From a virus (Duplodnaviria > Caudoviricetes), in the IMG/VR virus record IMGVR_UViG_3300045120_000139, positions 1 to 52,949 of that record: 52,949 nt of DNA, one strand, 5' to 3'. Made by a program: the position numbers and the translations under genes. Positions 8,334 to 19,200 of this stretch are shown piece by piece (within the stretch, counting starts at the first letter, position 1; each line of letters begins with the position of its first letter). The notes beneath the pieces were generated by a model, which saw nothing but the letters and a program-made list of their open reading frames with translations, did not search any database and was not told the origin of the DNA.

Positions 8334-8893
8334 TGTCTTTCCAACTTGTGGAGAAAATTCCCATGCTGTTCGAATTCCAGAAGCAATGCACCGTCGAGCA
8401 CGTCAACGTTCGCCGCGGCACGAATGAAGAATCGAAGGTCGCGGTCGATGTGAAGCTGTCGGTCGAGGATCTGTCCGCGAAATGCGCTGGCGCGGTCCTG
8501 CGCGCGAACTCCGAAGAGGAAGTGCTCGACGCGTTCTTCGCCAACGACGAGGACCAGAATATGCGCTTCCTCGGCCTGACTTCCATTCCCATTGACGAGT
8601 TCTGGGAAGGCCAGCACCAGATCAAGATATCGAACGGCGGCAAGCTGCGTGTCGCGAAGCTGCACAAGGTTATCCTGGCGCCGCGCGCGAAAGGTCTCTT
8701 CAGCTGCAGTTTCACCGTGACGATCGAAGACCCGCCCGAAAACTTCCTCGAGCAGATCGCGAAGAAGCTGCATACGTCGTGCGCGGTCAAGTTGGAACAG
8801 GAAGCCGAGCTCGACCTGAAGAAGCCGCAGGACGAAGGCAAGAAACCCGGCGCAGTGAAGAAGTCCGAGCCTGTGCAGCGGACGTTGCAGTAG
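8333..8893 (+). CDS. Hypothetical protein
   Basis: 186-aa ORF in the operon with phage-like codon use. Confidence 0.7.
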   Translation: MSFQLVEKIPMLFEFQKQCTVEHVNVRRGTNEESKVAVDVKLSVEDLSAKCAGAVLRANSEEEVLDAFFANDEDQNMRFLGLTSIPIDEFWEGQHQIKISNGGKLRVAKLHKVILAPRAKGLFSCSFTVTIEDPPENFLEQIAKKLHTSCAVKLEQEAELDLKKPQDEGKKPGAVKKSEPVQRTLQ

Positions 8894-8993
8894 CGGCCAT
8901 GGGCGACATGGGCGACTTCTGGCGCGACGTGAAGGCACAAAAGCGTGCTCTCGCGAAACTCGAACGCAAGCTGGCGTTACCGGAGCCACCGAA

Positions 8994-9233
8994 ATGACCA
9001 CTCAAACGCGCGAACAGCCGAACACGCCTGAGAGTGGGGCCTTTCAGCGTGGCGATTTGGTGATCTGCAAGTGCGCTGGCGGCAAGGTGCGGCAGAACGT
9101 GGTGTGGGCCGTGGAGGGATGCTACGTCGCGGTATGCAGTGAACAAACATACCCGTTACTACTGGCCGATGTTCCCGGCACGCCGCAGCCCATCCGGTTC
9201 CCCGCAAGCGATGTTAGTAAGGCCACCGCATGA
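8994..9233 (+). CDS. Hypothetical protein
   Basis: ATGA-coupled ORF. Confidence 0.5.
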   Translation: MTTQTREQPNTPESGAFQRGDLVICKCAGGKVRQNVVWAVEGCYVAVCSEQTYPLLLADVPGTPQPIRFPASDVSKATA

Positions 9234-9466
9234 ACCTCTCGGCTGTTCGCGCTCTCATCATCGCACTCGTGGTCAACGGCACCCAACACCAAGCCACGGA
9301 GCTGCACTTTCAGCGTTCCGGTGCAGTCGCCTCATGGTGGGACGAGGGTGGAGTAACGAGGGTGTGTAGGCCGGTGGAGGGTTATAGGTTTTCATTTGAG
9401 GGCGCGAACATCTCGTGCCGGGAAGTCTGGCCTGACTTGATACACGTTGACGGATTTGGAGGGTGA
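9230..9466 (+). CDS. Small putatively exported protein ending in DLIHVDGFGG
   Basis: Hydrophobic N-terminus; C-terminus resembles the D-x-I-F-x-D-G-F motif. Confidence 0.5.
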   Translation: MNLSAVRALIIALVVNGTQHQATELHFQRSGAVASWWDEGGVTRVCRPVEGYRFSFEGANISCREVWPDLIHVDGFGG

Positions 9467-9469
9467 CAA

Positions 9470-9703
9470 ATGGCTCTTAGTTCTCGCATCACCTGTGAAA
9501 GCTGCGGAGAAGTGGCAACCGTTATGCACTCTCCGTCAACGTACCCAACGATTTGCGGCCAATGCCTAACGAAGGAAAGGCAGACGGAACGCGATAAGCA
9601 TTTTACAAAGCTGGACGCGCTATCAATCGAGGAACGCCTGCGCTTGGTTGAAGCGTGGATTTACGACTACCGACCGCAGTATGTGCGGCCACCCAGGTAC
9701 TAA
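9470..9703 (+). CDS. Zn-ribbon hypothetical protein
   Basis: CESC...CGQC; GGAGG RBS. Confidence 0.6.
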   Translation: MALSSRITCESCGEVATVMHSPSTYPTICGQCLTKERQTERDKHFTKLDALSIEERLRLVEAWIYDYRPQYVRPPRY

Positions 9704-9718
9704 ACGGAGACTACGCAA

Positions 9719-9919
9719 ATGACAACGACTGTGAAGATTCATGTGAACGGCAAATACCGCGCAACGGTGACTCAGGACGACCGGGAACCTGTGATTGTCG
9801 AAGGCAACTACAACGGCGGATCGGGCGAAAAATCGTTCTATCTGCCACATCCGGCCAAGGGGACATTCGTTGTTTCCGAGGAACAGGTCAAGGACGGCGA
9901 CGAACGGCCTGCCGGGTAA
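9719..9919 (+). CDS. Hypothetical protein
   Basis: GGAG RBS. Confidence 0.6.
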   Translation: MTTTVKIHVNGKYRATVTQDDREPVIVEGNYNGGSGEKSFYLPHPAKGTFVVSEEQVKDGDERPAG

Positions 9920-9986
9920 GCGTAGGCGTGGCACGGGTGACGTGCGGGGCTGTGGTGGATGACGTCGCTTATCGAGGGTTTGAGAA

Positions 9987-10730
9987 ATGACTACTGAACT
10001 AAAAATCATCTTGCGCGCAGTGGTCGGTTCGACGGTCCACGGTACGAACGTGGCGCAGCAGGACGACCGCGACGAAATGGCAATCGCCATCGAGCCGCCG
10101 CGTCTGGTGTTTGGCCTGACGCACTGGGAAACGACCGTCGAGCGCACGCAGCCGGAAGGCGTGCGTTCCGGGCCGGGCGATCTGGACTTGGTAATCCACT
10201 CGCTGCGCAAGTATTGCAGGCTGGCAGCCAAAGGTAATCCGACGATGCTGCTGCCGCTATTCGTGCCTGAGGACGCGATTGTCGAAATCACAGATACGGG
10301 TCGGTCGCTCATGAACTGCCGCAACATGTTCCTGTCGCGCGACTGCGGCAAGGCGTTCCTTGGCTACATGATCGCGCAGAAGTCGCGGCTTGAGGGCACG
10401 CAAGGCGGGCGGCATGGCTCGCGGCCTGAGCTGGTCGAGAAGTACGGCTTCGACACCAAGTACGCCGGGCATGTGATCCGCCTCGGCTACCAGGGCTTGG
10501 AACTGATGCAAACCGGCAAGCTAAGCCTCCCAATGGCCGCGCATCACAGCGCCGACGTGCGATCTATCCGCACTGGCGGCTGGACGCTGGATGGCGTGCT
10601 AAACCTTGCTGGCGAGCTTGAGCGCGACTTGCGTGACTCGCTCGATACCGGATTCCTGCCAGAGCATGCGGACGAACAGGCTATCAACTGCTTTTGCTCG
10701 AACGCCTACCTGAAGGAATGGGGTTATTAG
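9987..10730 (+). CDS. DNA polymerase beta superfamily nucleotidyltransferase (Nuc-transf/RlaP-like)
   Basis: VVGSTVHG...DDRDE (GS + DxD), KGNP, FLGY, YGFDTKYAGHVIRL. Confidence 0.85.
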   Translation: MTTELKIILRAVVGSTVHGTNVAQQDDRDEMAIAIEPPRLVFGLTHWETTVERTQPEGVRSGPGDLDLVIHSLRKYCRLAAKGNPTMLLPLFVPEDAIVEITDTGRSLMNCRNMFLSRDCGKAFLGYMIAQKSRLEGTQGGRHGSRPELVEKYGFDTKYAGHVIRLGYQGLELMQTGKLSLPMAAHHSADVRSIRTGGWTLDGVLNLAGELERDLRDSLDTGFLPEHADEQAINCFCSNAYLKEWGY

Positions 10731-10860
10731 TCAGGCCACCGCATGACCCGAGAGATTTTCGCGCTCCTGCCAACCGCCACCCAACCACCCATGCGGCCCT
10801 CTATGGGCAGCTGGGTGGAGTGCGAATAGCTGTGAAACGTTGAACCACTGGAGCTAAGAA

Positions 10861-11118
10861 ATGACCATTTCTCAACGTGAAGCGCATCGACTGCAAAAGC
10901 GCGTGAAGGAATTGGAATTGCATCTGGAGCATCAGCGCAACCGGTTCTCTTCCGAGTGGCCTGGTGGTGTGCATCTTGGCAACGTCATTTGGAACGGCGC
11001 TGACCACATTCCTTCAGCCGTCTATACGGCGCGTGCGCTCGGACATGCGGTTGTTCTCGTGAGTGTCAGCAAGACCGAATTCAGCTTGCGCGCCGTTCCG
11101 CTGGGCAAGCCGATCTAG
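10861..11118 (+). CDS. Hypothetical protein, last early gene
   Basis: GGAG RBS; converges on the late operon. Confidence 0.6.
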   Translation: MTISQREAHRLQKRVKELELHLEHQRNRFSSEWPGGVHLGNVIWNGADHIPSAVYTARALGHAVVLVSVSKTEFSLRAVPLGKPI

Positions 11119-11139
11119 CACCCCACCCCATAGTGGCGA

Positions 11140-12027
11140 CTATGGCGGAGATTCTCCGAAGCTGATCGGCGAGATGAAATATTCGTTGTCATCCCCGTCA
11201 AGCTCGATTGCCGAGTCCAGGTTCCCAATCATGAAGGTACGGCAAAGCCGCTGTTCGCTGATGGTCGACGCGTCAATCGTGGCGGGCGGAGCGTGCCTGT
11301 TCGTGGCGTTGTTTCGTGCGAGGTAGGTAGGGATGATGACGCAGGTCGAATCCTCGGCCAGTGGGTACATGACCTTTTGGAAGTCGTCCTGATCGCTGCG
11401 AGGACCGATGGCTTCCTCCTCAGTCATCGGCGTGATGTTGAGACTCGGTGCCTGGTAGGCCTTAACTGCCCAGGGCCAGTTCTGGTTCTCGTGCGACTTG
11501 CGCTGTAGCAATCCACCTTGAAGCGCGATCTTCAGGTTCTGCTTTACTCCCCAGTCAGATCCCGCACCCCACCAGAGTTCACCGAGATCGTATAGGCCAT
11601 CGTGAATGGCGAATGGCGAGCCGTTCTTGTCGTCATGGATGGTCAGCACAAGCTCGTCGATAGACGCCGCAGGGAAGACCGCAGGCCGACGCGTGGCGCC
11701 ATTCGGATGGGTGACGGTCCGCTTGCCTAGCGCATTCCCGCCTAGGACCACCGGAGAGCTTGCAAGCTTGCCTGCGAACTCGACCTTAACCCCTTCAGGT
11801 ATCAAATTCTCCGTGGATAGCCGCGGACTCAGGAAAGCCGCCGAGCGCGCATCGATGGGTGTGGTGAATGAGGCCGTGACGACAAGCTGGCCCGAAGAGT
11901 CGCCGCCCCACCGAATTCGGCAACCGGAAGCTGGCTGACCGTTGATTAGGTCGTCCGGGTCTCCGATGAATGTTCCGCCGCTGATGCTCCACACAACTGA
12001 GGCTGGTCTTCCATATCCAATATGCAT
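11140..12027 (-). CDS. Putative tail tip/distal tail protein
   Basis: Last gene of the tail operon; beta-rich, YDLGELWWG. Confidence 0.6.
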   Translation of the reverse strand: MHIGYGRPASVVWSISGGTFIGDPDDLINGQPASGCRIRWGGDSSGQLVVTASFTTPIDARSAAFLSPRLSTENLIPEGVKVEFAGKLASSPVVLGGNALGKRTVTHPNGATRRPAVFPAASIDELVLTIHDDKNGSPFAIHDGLYDLGELWWGAGSDWGVKQNLKIALQGGLLQRKSHENQNWPWAVKAYQAPSLNITPMTEEEAIGPRSDQDDFQKVMYPLAEDSTCVIIPTYLARNNATNRHAPPATIDASTISEQRLCRTFMIGNLDSAIELDGDDNEYFISPISFGESPP

Positions 12028-12028
12028 G

Positions 12029-14680
12029 TCACAACCCCCAAAATGTTAGCGTGGCGATGCCATCGCTCGGCTGTTCATTGATCCCGACAAGCAGCAGCTT
12101 CTGACCTGTCGCAAGCGTGGGAATGGCTTCGTAGGTCACAATCCAGACGTCGCCGATTTCGAATGACCTGCCCTGCTTTGCGAGCACTGCGCCAGTGTAG
12201 AAATTGCGCTGTGATTCGTAGAGCTTGCAGACGCGAGTGATTTCCGCCTGACCATCAGCCTCGCGGTCGAGCTGAGATTCCTTCGCGGCAACGCTCAGCG
12301 CATACTGGTATTTCGGCGACAGCACGGCATTGGCCGTCACAGTCCATTGGAAGCGCTGCTCGAGCTGATTGCGCAAGATCTGCGGAACATCGTCGAGGGA
12401 GACGTTGGTGAAGTCGGCTTCAGAATATGGGTCGTAGTTCTTGCACCCACTCATCCGTGTCGTCAGGTTTTCGGCATCGTCAGGCTTAGGCGTAAGATAG
12501 CCTTGAAAGTCGTTCGCAACCAGCGAGCCAGCCACTACGCCGTCATCGACATCCTCCGGCGCGAATAGACGAACCGCGGTGACCTTCTTCGAACGGTTCA
12601 GGAAGACATCAGCCGTCCACGAGTCGAGCACCAATCGCGCCACGTCCATAACTTGCGGCGTTTCATTCTCACTGACGTGGACTCCGCACTTATAGCCTGT
12701 GCGATCGTCAATATTCGTAGCGCCATCCGCGGCGTAATCGTTATCGACAAGCGGGCCGTGATCGATGAATAGGTCTTGAAGCATTGCATCTAGGCCTGGC
12801 CCATCGAGCGTGACGTTCTGCGCAAGGTCAGGCAACCGCACCAGACGGATGCTGGTCACGTCCAAAACGGAAGTGATATTGCCAGTCCCTTGAATCATGT
12901 TGTTGCAAAGGAATCCGAAAATCAGCGGCCGCGTGACGATGTCCTTGCTGGTGAAGGTGCCGCGGTAGGTAACTGGACCTGTGGTCGGGCCGCTATAGTT
13001 CTGCGGTGTCGGAATGTCGAATCGTTTCCAGATGTAGAACTGGAATGAATTGCTGTCGACGCCCCCGAAGCAGAGCTGAGCTGGAGGGATGTCGATTGGC
13101 TCGTTCTGCGCATCAACACCAGGACCGTAGTACGGCGCATTCTTGACGATGACCTCGAAGGCAACGCTTTCTCCAGGGTCGATGGTCAGCGTGTCGTGCT
13201 TGAGACGGTAGACGGTGTCCGCACTCTGTCCCTGATGGATGTATTTGTTCGGTGCAGCGCCAGTGAGCTGGAAGATCGTGTTCGGCGGATCCGGTGAGAA
13301 GTAACCCCCTGCCGCAGTCCAATGCAGCGGCCAACCATGCGCCCCTGTGGTCGTGCTACCGAACACGCCATCGCCTGAGAGGATGTCGGTGTCGGTCTCT
13401 ATGAAGGTTCCGCCGAATGTCGTTGTCTCTGCCGTGACCTTTGCTGTAGGAGCTATGGTTGCGGTGAAGCTCCTTCCATCAGGCTCAACGGTATAGTCAA
13501 TCGTGTAGCCCCATTCCCTGCCACCGTGACGCCATTTTCCAACCGCGGCGATGAACTCATCGCCCGCAGCCATCGTGAGGCCTTTGTAGAACGGCGGCAC
13601 ATAGGTGCGGCAGATGCCTCCGCTAAACGGCCATGGCTTCCCCGCGACCGCTGGATCCGCATTCGGGGCGAACAGCGGGCGCACGAGTTGGGATTGCAAT
13701 AACCCCAGCTTGTCGTTGCACACAAGCAGCTTTGTCTGGTCAGTCGGCTGCTCGCAATGGTCAATGATCGCATCGAGGATTGGCGTTGCCGTTGAGAACG
13801 CCTCGCCCTGGTACACATTCGAGATAGTGACTATCTGGTCACGAATGTCGAGCTCCATGAGCTCGTCATAGTCGTGATGCGGGTCAAGTATCGTGAACTG
13901 AATCTGCCCACCACGCTGCAGCTGCGACGGAGCGCTCGCGCCCCACGGCCAGAACTTAACTCCTCGGGTAAGCGTTACAACAGACTGCGCGTGATCGATG
14001 TCGCCCTGATACTTCTGATTCGGCGTGTCGTCATCGCCTGCGCACGTATAGGGTTCCGTGGCGAGGTAGAGAGGATCGAGACCTGTACGCGCATGGAACC
14101 AACCATCAACGCCCGTGGCTGGATATCGCTGCGGCGTCTGTCCAGCATTCGCCCATACCGCAAGGTCGCCAGGGATGCCGCTAACTGTGGCGGCGTAGTA
14201 ATACGGGATTGGTCCGGCGCTCTCGGATGGCAGATCGATCGTGCCGATGTGCGTGCCGTTCTTCGAGAACGATAGCGTTTGCCTGACCTGATTAAGCACG
14301 ACGCCTATATAATCATTCAGCGTCCATGAGGTGAAGTGCGCGATGACGGCACCGTTGTGCCAGACATAGCCATCCGGTTCAATGCCCCAGCCGTGGGCGT
14401 CCTGACCGACGAACTTGTTGAACGCTGCCTGCCCGTCGACGACTCCGACGCAGACTCGATGCCCGGAAGAAGAGGACGCGATGACATCTGCCGCAGCTTT
14501 TCCGTTCGGAGAATAGATGTAAAACTCGACACTAGCAGCGCCTGACCCAACTCCGAATTGCGACCGCGCCATGCGGTGTTCGTCAACCGTGAACTTGGTC
14601 TGCAGTATCGTGTCGTTGACGGACAAAACGAGTCTAGCCCCCAGCGAGGTTTCGCTGAAGGCGGAGGGATTGTTTTTCAT
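12029..14680 (-). CDS. Tail tip/hub protein with N-terminal SPRY/ConA-like domain
   Basis: 883 aa; ARSQFGVGSG, EFYI, CVGV, GWG, DYIGV, FSKNG pattern typical of SPRY-like domains; position in the tail module. Confidence 0.65.
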   Translation of the reverse strand: MKNNPSAFSETSLGARLVLSVNDTILQTKFTVDEHRMARSQFGVGSGAASVEFYIYSPNGKAAADVIASSSSGHRVCVGVVDGQAAFNKFVGQDAHGWGIEPDGYVWHNGAVIAHFTSWTLNDYIGVVLNQVRQTLSFSKNGTHIGTIDLPSESAGPIPYYYAATVSGIPGDLAVWANAGQTPQRYPATGVDGWFHARTGLDPLYLATEPYTCAGDDDTPNQKYQGDIDHAQSVVTLTRGVKFWPWGASAPSQLQRGGQIQFTILDPHHDYDELMELDIRDQIVTISNVYQGEAFSTATPILDAIIDHCEQPTDQTKLLVCNDKLGLLQSQLVRPLFAPNADPAVAGKPWPFSGGICRTYVPPFYKGLTMAAGDEFIAAVGKWRHGGREWGYTIDYTVEPDGRSFTATIAPTAKVTAETTTFGGTFIETDTDILSGDGVFGSTTTGAHGWPLHWTAAGGYFSPDPPNTIFQLTGAAPNKYIHQGQSADTVYRLKHDTLTIDPGESVAFEVIVKNAPYYGPGVDAQNEPIDIPPAQLCFGGVDSNSFQFYIWKRFDIPTPQNYSGPTTGPVTYRGTFTSKDIVTRPLIFGFLCNNMIQGTGNITSVLDVTSIRLVRLPDLAQNVTLDGPGLDAMLQDLFIDHGPLVDNDYAADGATNIDDRTGYKCGVHVSENETPQVMDVARLVLDSWTADVFLNRSKKVTAVRLFAPEDVDDGVVAGSLVANDFQGYLTPKPDDAENLTTRMSGCKNYDPYSEADFTNVSLDDVPQILRNQLEQRFQWTVTANAVLSPKYQYALSVAAKESQLDREADGQAEITRVCKLYESQRNFYTGAVLAKQGRSFEIGDVWIVTYEAIPTLATGQKLLLVGINEQPSDGIATLTFWGL

Positions 14681-16225
14681 TTAGGCTAGGCGGACCCACT
14701 TGTTAGCGGCAGCGCTTGAATTCCATTGGAATAGGAATCCTTGACCGCCGGACGGAACCGAGGTCGGCATCGGTAATGCGCTGGTGTCCAGATTTCCGCC
14801 CAAGGTTAGACTCGTGACGGAATCGTTGATCACGAGCCACTGAAACGGTGAGAAGACCGGATTGCCTGCGAATGGGTCATTGATGTTTACCGTAAGCGTG
14901 CTGAGCGGACCAATCAACCCGACGAAGAATGTAAAAGCGTTCTGTGCGCAGACTCCGACTTGGTTTACCGTTGAGCCATCGGTGATGCCGCCCTGAACTT
15001 CCGAATCATTCTCAATCGTCGCGTAGAGCCCGCCGCTGGTGTCCGTCGTGATGATGTTGCCGGGGTCGCCTGAAATCGTTGCGCCTGATCCTGTTGGTCC
15101 AGTCGCACCAGTTGCGCCAGTGCTACCGGTTGGGCCAGTGGCACCCGTTGCCCCTGTCGGCCCTGTTGCTCCACCACCACCTGAACTTGTTGAGGAACTC
15201 AGGTCGTAGACAACAGCTCCAGCGACATTGGTTCCGGTGACGTCTACGCTCCCGTCACTGCTATGGATTTGTATACTCCGCGGATTCTGCGGACCGAGAT
15301 CGCCTGAGCCATCCTTCGCGCGAATCGCAAATTGCGGAGCCGCAACCGTTACCGGGAGAGTCCCGAACAATGTCAGCGTTCCACCGAGAGCATCGGTTAT
15401 CGTGCCGTCTGGGAAATAGGTAAGGATCGCTCCCGTCGTCGGAGCAACCGGTGCGCCATAGATCGTCAATCCGCCACTGTTCAAATCGAACGTATAGAGG
15501 AGGCCGTTTGGCAATACGCCGTTTGCGTTGAACCCAGTCAGGACGAAAGAACCTTCCCCACCGGTCAGCGTGAAATGCTGTTCTCCGGATACGCCGCCTG
15601 TGAAGTAGTACGTCGGGTCATCAGGATCAAGGCTCATGCCGCTGACAAAGTTCAGCGAGCATCCGATATCGAGAGTGTCGCCGCTTCCAGCATCAGTCGC
15701 AGTCACGGTGAAAGCGTATTGCTGAGTTCCGGTATGCGTGCCGCTTAGCAACCCACCGGACGTGAGAGAAATGTCGCCAGGGATTGAGCCGGACGTGATC
15801 GCATACGTCACAGCGCCAGCGTTTCCACTGACCTGAAACTGGTACGAATACGGAACAGAGTCTTCGCCATCAGGAAGCGGGAAGGCAGACTCGAAGTTCA
15901 GGTTCGCAATTACGTCGAGCGTCCAACTAGACGAATATGTGTTCGTCTCGTCATCCGTAACCGTGGCAGTTACGACGCTGTGACCTTGCGCGGTCGGGGT
16001 TCCCGTTATTTCACCCGTCGCCGTGTTGAGCGTAAGGCCCGCAGGAAGTCCAGTAGCCGCATAGGTGAATCCACCAGCACCGCCGGTGCCTGCGAGATAG
16101 AGGAACATCGCCGCGAGCGCGGTACCGATATACAGCTTGCCGCTGATATGCATGGCCAAACCCAGTGGAGGAACACTCGTGGGATTGTTCCGAATCGCGA
16201 TGGTGGTGACAATACGTGGTTTCAT
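14681..16225 (-). CDS. Virion protein with putative Ig (He_PIG-like) domains and a short collagen-like stretch
   Basis: GLPAGLTLNTATGEITGTPT; GSIPGDISLTSGGLLSGT; GATGPTGATG... repeats. Confidence 0.75.
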   Translation of the reverse strand: MKPRIVTTIAIRNNPTSVPPLGLAMHISGKLYIGTALAAMFLYLAGTGGAGGFTYAATGLPAGLTLNTATGEITGTPTAQGHSVVTATVTDDETNTYSSSWTLDVIANLNFESAFPLPDGEDSVPYSYQFQVSGNAGAVTYAITSGSIPGDISLTSGGLLSGTHTGTQQYAFTVTATDAGSGDTLDIGCSLNFVSGMSLDPDDPTYYFTGGVSGEQHFTLTGGEGSFVLTGFNANGVLPNGLLYTFDLNSGGLTIYGAPVAPTTGAILTYFPDGTITDALGGTLTLFGTLPVTVAAPQFAIRAKDGSGDLGPQNPRSIQIHSSDGSVDVTGTNVAGAVVYDLSSSTSSGGGGATGPTGATGATGPTGSTGATGATGPTGSGATISGDPGNIITTDTSGGLYATIENDSEVQGGITDGSTVNQVGVCAQNAFTFFVGLIGPLSTLTVNINDPFAGNPVFSPFQWLVINDSVTSLTLGGNLDTSALPMPTSVPSGGQGFLFQWNSSAAANKWVRLA

Positions 16226-16252
16226 TTGTTTTTCGTTATTTACATTCTGCGG

Positions 16253-19200
16253 TTAGTTGACGCCAACGAAGATCTGACGGCCGCCCGCGGTGTTGCGGTT
16301 GACCGTAGAACGGCCAATTCCGCCGCGGAGGTAGGAATTCAGTTCGCGAAGTTCCTTCACCAAGTCGCTCTGGCCGGTCTTGGTACCATCGCCTACAGCC
16401 TGTGCGAGCTCACGCGACGATCCCGGACCGGCGACAGAGTTCGGGCCGCCCAACTTCCCGGCGCTCGCCAGAGGCACGGAGGGGATGGCTCCGAGCTGGC
16501 TGATGTCATACGGCAGCGTCTTGCCCTGAAGCGTTGCGAGGATGTCTTGCAAGAGTCCGGTCTGTTCGTCGCCCTGAGCCGACATCGTCGTGAGCGCAGC
16601 CGCCTGCTTCGTGGCCGCATCGATCTGCTTCGTGACCTGGTCCGCAGTGGTACCCAGCGTCTTAGCGAGCTGGTCAGGCGTCAGTCCGAATTGCTTCAAT
16701 ACTTCCGCGGTCGATTTTCCGGAAGCGAAGGCGAAGTCGCCAATCTTCTGGATCAGGTCGTAAGCTGCCGAGGCTTGGCCTGCCTGAGTCGCCGCGGCCT
16801 GTGCCTGAAGCGCGGCCTTGTTGTTCGCGACCACGTTGATGTTGTTCGGGCCATCGCCGAGCATGGGCGCGCCGTAGATCGCCGCCACGTCTTGCTGTAT
16901 GCCTGCGGAGAGCTTCGCCAGCGCCTGTCCTACAGCGAGCGAGCCCTGCGCCATGATACGAGCTAGGTCTTCCTGCGATGCCCCCGCAAGCCCCGCTGCT
17001 TTGGCCAGCTGATTCGCGGTGTCGATCTGCTGCTGCTCAGCAGAGACGATGCTGGCGAACGAGGAAATGAAGTCATCCCCATAGAGCTGCATTTCGAACT
17101 GAGCATACTTCTGCTTCGCCGCCACGATCTGGCTAGCCGAATCCGTCACAGCGGACGTATAGGTCGCCAGTGCAGCGCCGGCCGCATACCACTGCTCGAG
17201 CTGTTCAGGTGTAAGCGTCGGCAGCGCGGCAAGGAAATCAGCCTTGAACTGCGCCATAGATTCAAGCGGGTTCTCGCCGATCTTGCCGAGCGCGGAGTCG
17301 GATGCTTTCTTGAGAGACGCTTGGTTGGCGGCAGCAAGTTCGGCAGGGCTGAAGAACGCCTGATTGAACGTCTGCACCATCTGCGCGAGGTTCTGTACTC
17401 CCCCAGCAGCATTCGCAACGCCATCAGCGAAGGTGACAAACGCTGCGCCGGTCTTGCCAAGGTCAACGCCGGTCAGTGCCAGCGCGTCCCGCATGATCGC
17501 GGATTCTTGACCGAGCCTGGCGTAGGTATCGACAAGCTTCTCGCCGCCCTGTTGGAGGTCGGTGACGATCTTGGCGATGTCTGTCAGCGTTCCGCCGTCA
17601 CCAAGCAGGTTGATCCCCTGATTGATGTCGGCCGTAGCGGTGACGAGGAAGTTTGCGCCTTCCATCAAAAGGTCGGCACTGCCACGCCATTGCTCAGCAA
17701 TCGCGCTAGCGGCCTTTCCGGCCTCAGACGCCGCGACCGTAGCGACAATGGCTTCAGCGGAGATGCGTGTTGCAGCAAGTTCCTGCGAGGCTTCCTCGTA
17801 CTTCTTGCCGAGGATGTCCACCACATACTTCGTGGAAGTGACCTTGCCCTTCTTGTCGTAGGTATTGACGATGTCGAGCGCTGCTTGGATGACTGGCGGA
17901 ACTTCCGTCTGCATCTTGTGCGCAGCCGCGACCATGATCTTCTGGACTGAGTCGAATAGCTGCTGTGCGGCGTCCTGCGCGTCCTTTCCTGGATCCACAG
18001 TCTTGTTGCGATACTTCGTGCCGGAGAACAGCGCGCCCTGCTTGGACTGGCTCAGGAAGGCAGTGGCGTCTCCACCACCAGCGCCGATGCTAAGTGAAGT
18101 CGTACTTCCCTTCGTAGACCATGCCGTGCCGAACAGCTTGCCGCCACTGAACTTGTCGATCAGCATGGCCGCTATAGCGATCCAGCCGACAACCGGGATA
18201 GCCGCAAGACCTGCACTCAGTCCACCAGCAAGCGCTGCACTCACGCCAGCTCCGGCGAAGTAGGTTCCTACGCCGTAGGCAAGACCGCCGGCAACGCCCG
18301 CCGCACCACCGCCGGCAGCCTTGAACTCATTGACCCCGGCGAATACGCCACCTGCAACACCGATGCCCTGACCCAGCGCGGAACCATATCCGCCATAGTT
18401 CAATCCACCGATCGAGGCGCCGGCTTGAGAACCAGCGAAAGCTCCGGCGCCTGTATAGCCTTGCGCAACGGAGCCCGTAAACGCGCCAGCGCCGCCAGCG
18501 CCTGCAGCAAATCCTGTGGCCGTGCTGCCGCCAAAGAATCCGTTCCAGAGATTCTTCCCTGCGCTCAGCCATGACGATGGCGAGAACAATTGGAACCCAC
18601 CGCCAGCGGCGCTTCCAGTCGCGCCTACGCTGCCACCGCTCAGAACTTGCTGCGAGCCGCCGCTGTTGATCAGCGCATTGACAGCTCCTCCTGTCCCACC
18701 ACCTCCACCGAAGGCCGTGTTCGCCATCGTCGGAAGCAACTGGAACCCGGCGCCCATACCCTGCTGGCTGCCAAAGATCGAGTTGAGAATCGGATTGATG
18801 ATTGCAAGCTTGGCGAAATAAGCAATGATCTGCTCGACGGTTTGCTTGGCAAGGTCTTTCAATCCCTTCATCAAAGAACCGCCGTTTACAAGAACCTTGG
18901 CGAAGGTGTCTGCGATTCCATTGCCTGCGGTAACCCAGATGGACTGCCAGCCCTTTGCTGCTTCGGTGTTTAGCTCAAAAGCTTTCTTCTGATCGTATAG
19001 ACCAGCCGTAACGCCAGCAATGCGATCCTGCGTTGTCTTGAGCGTTGGATTGAGGATGCCAAGTTTTGTGTAATCTGCTTGCTGGGCTTCGGTCAGGTTA
19101 TCCCACCACTTGACCTGCTCCTGAATCGCCTGTGTGATTTCTTTCTGGCGATCTGTCAAACCAATGAGCGACTCTTCATCCTTAACCTTGTCGAGGTATT

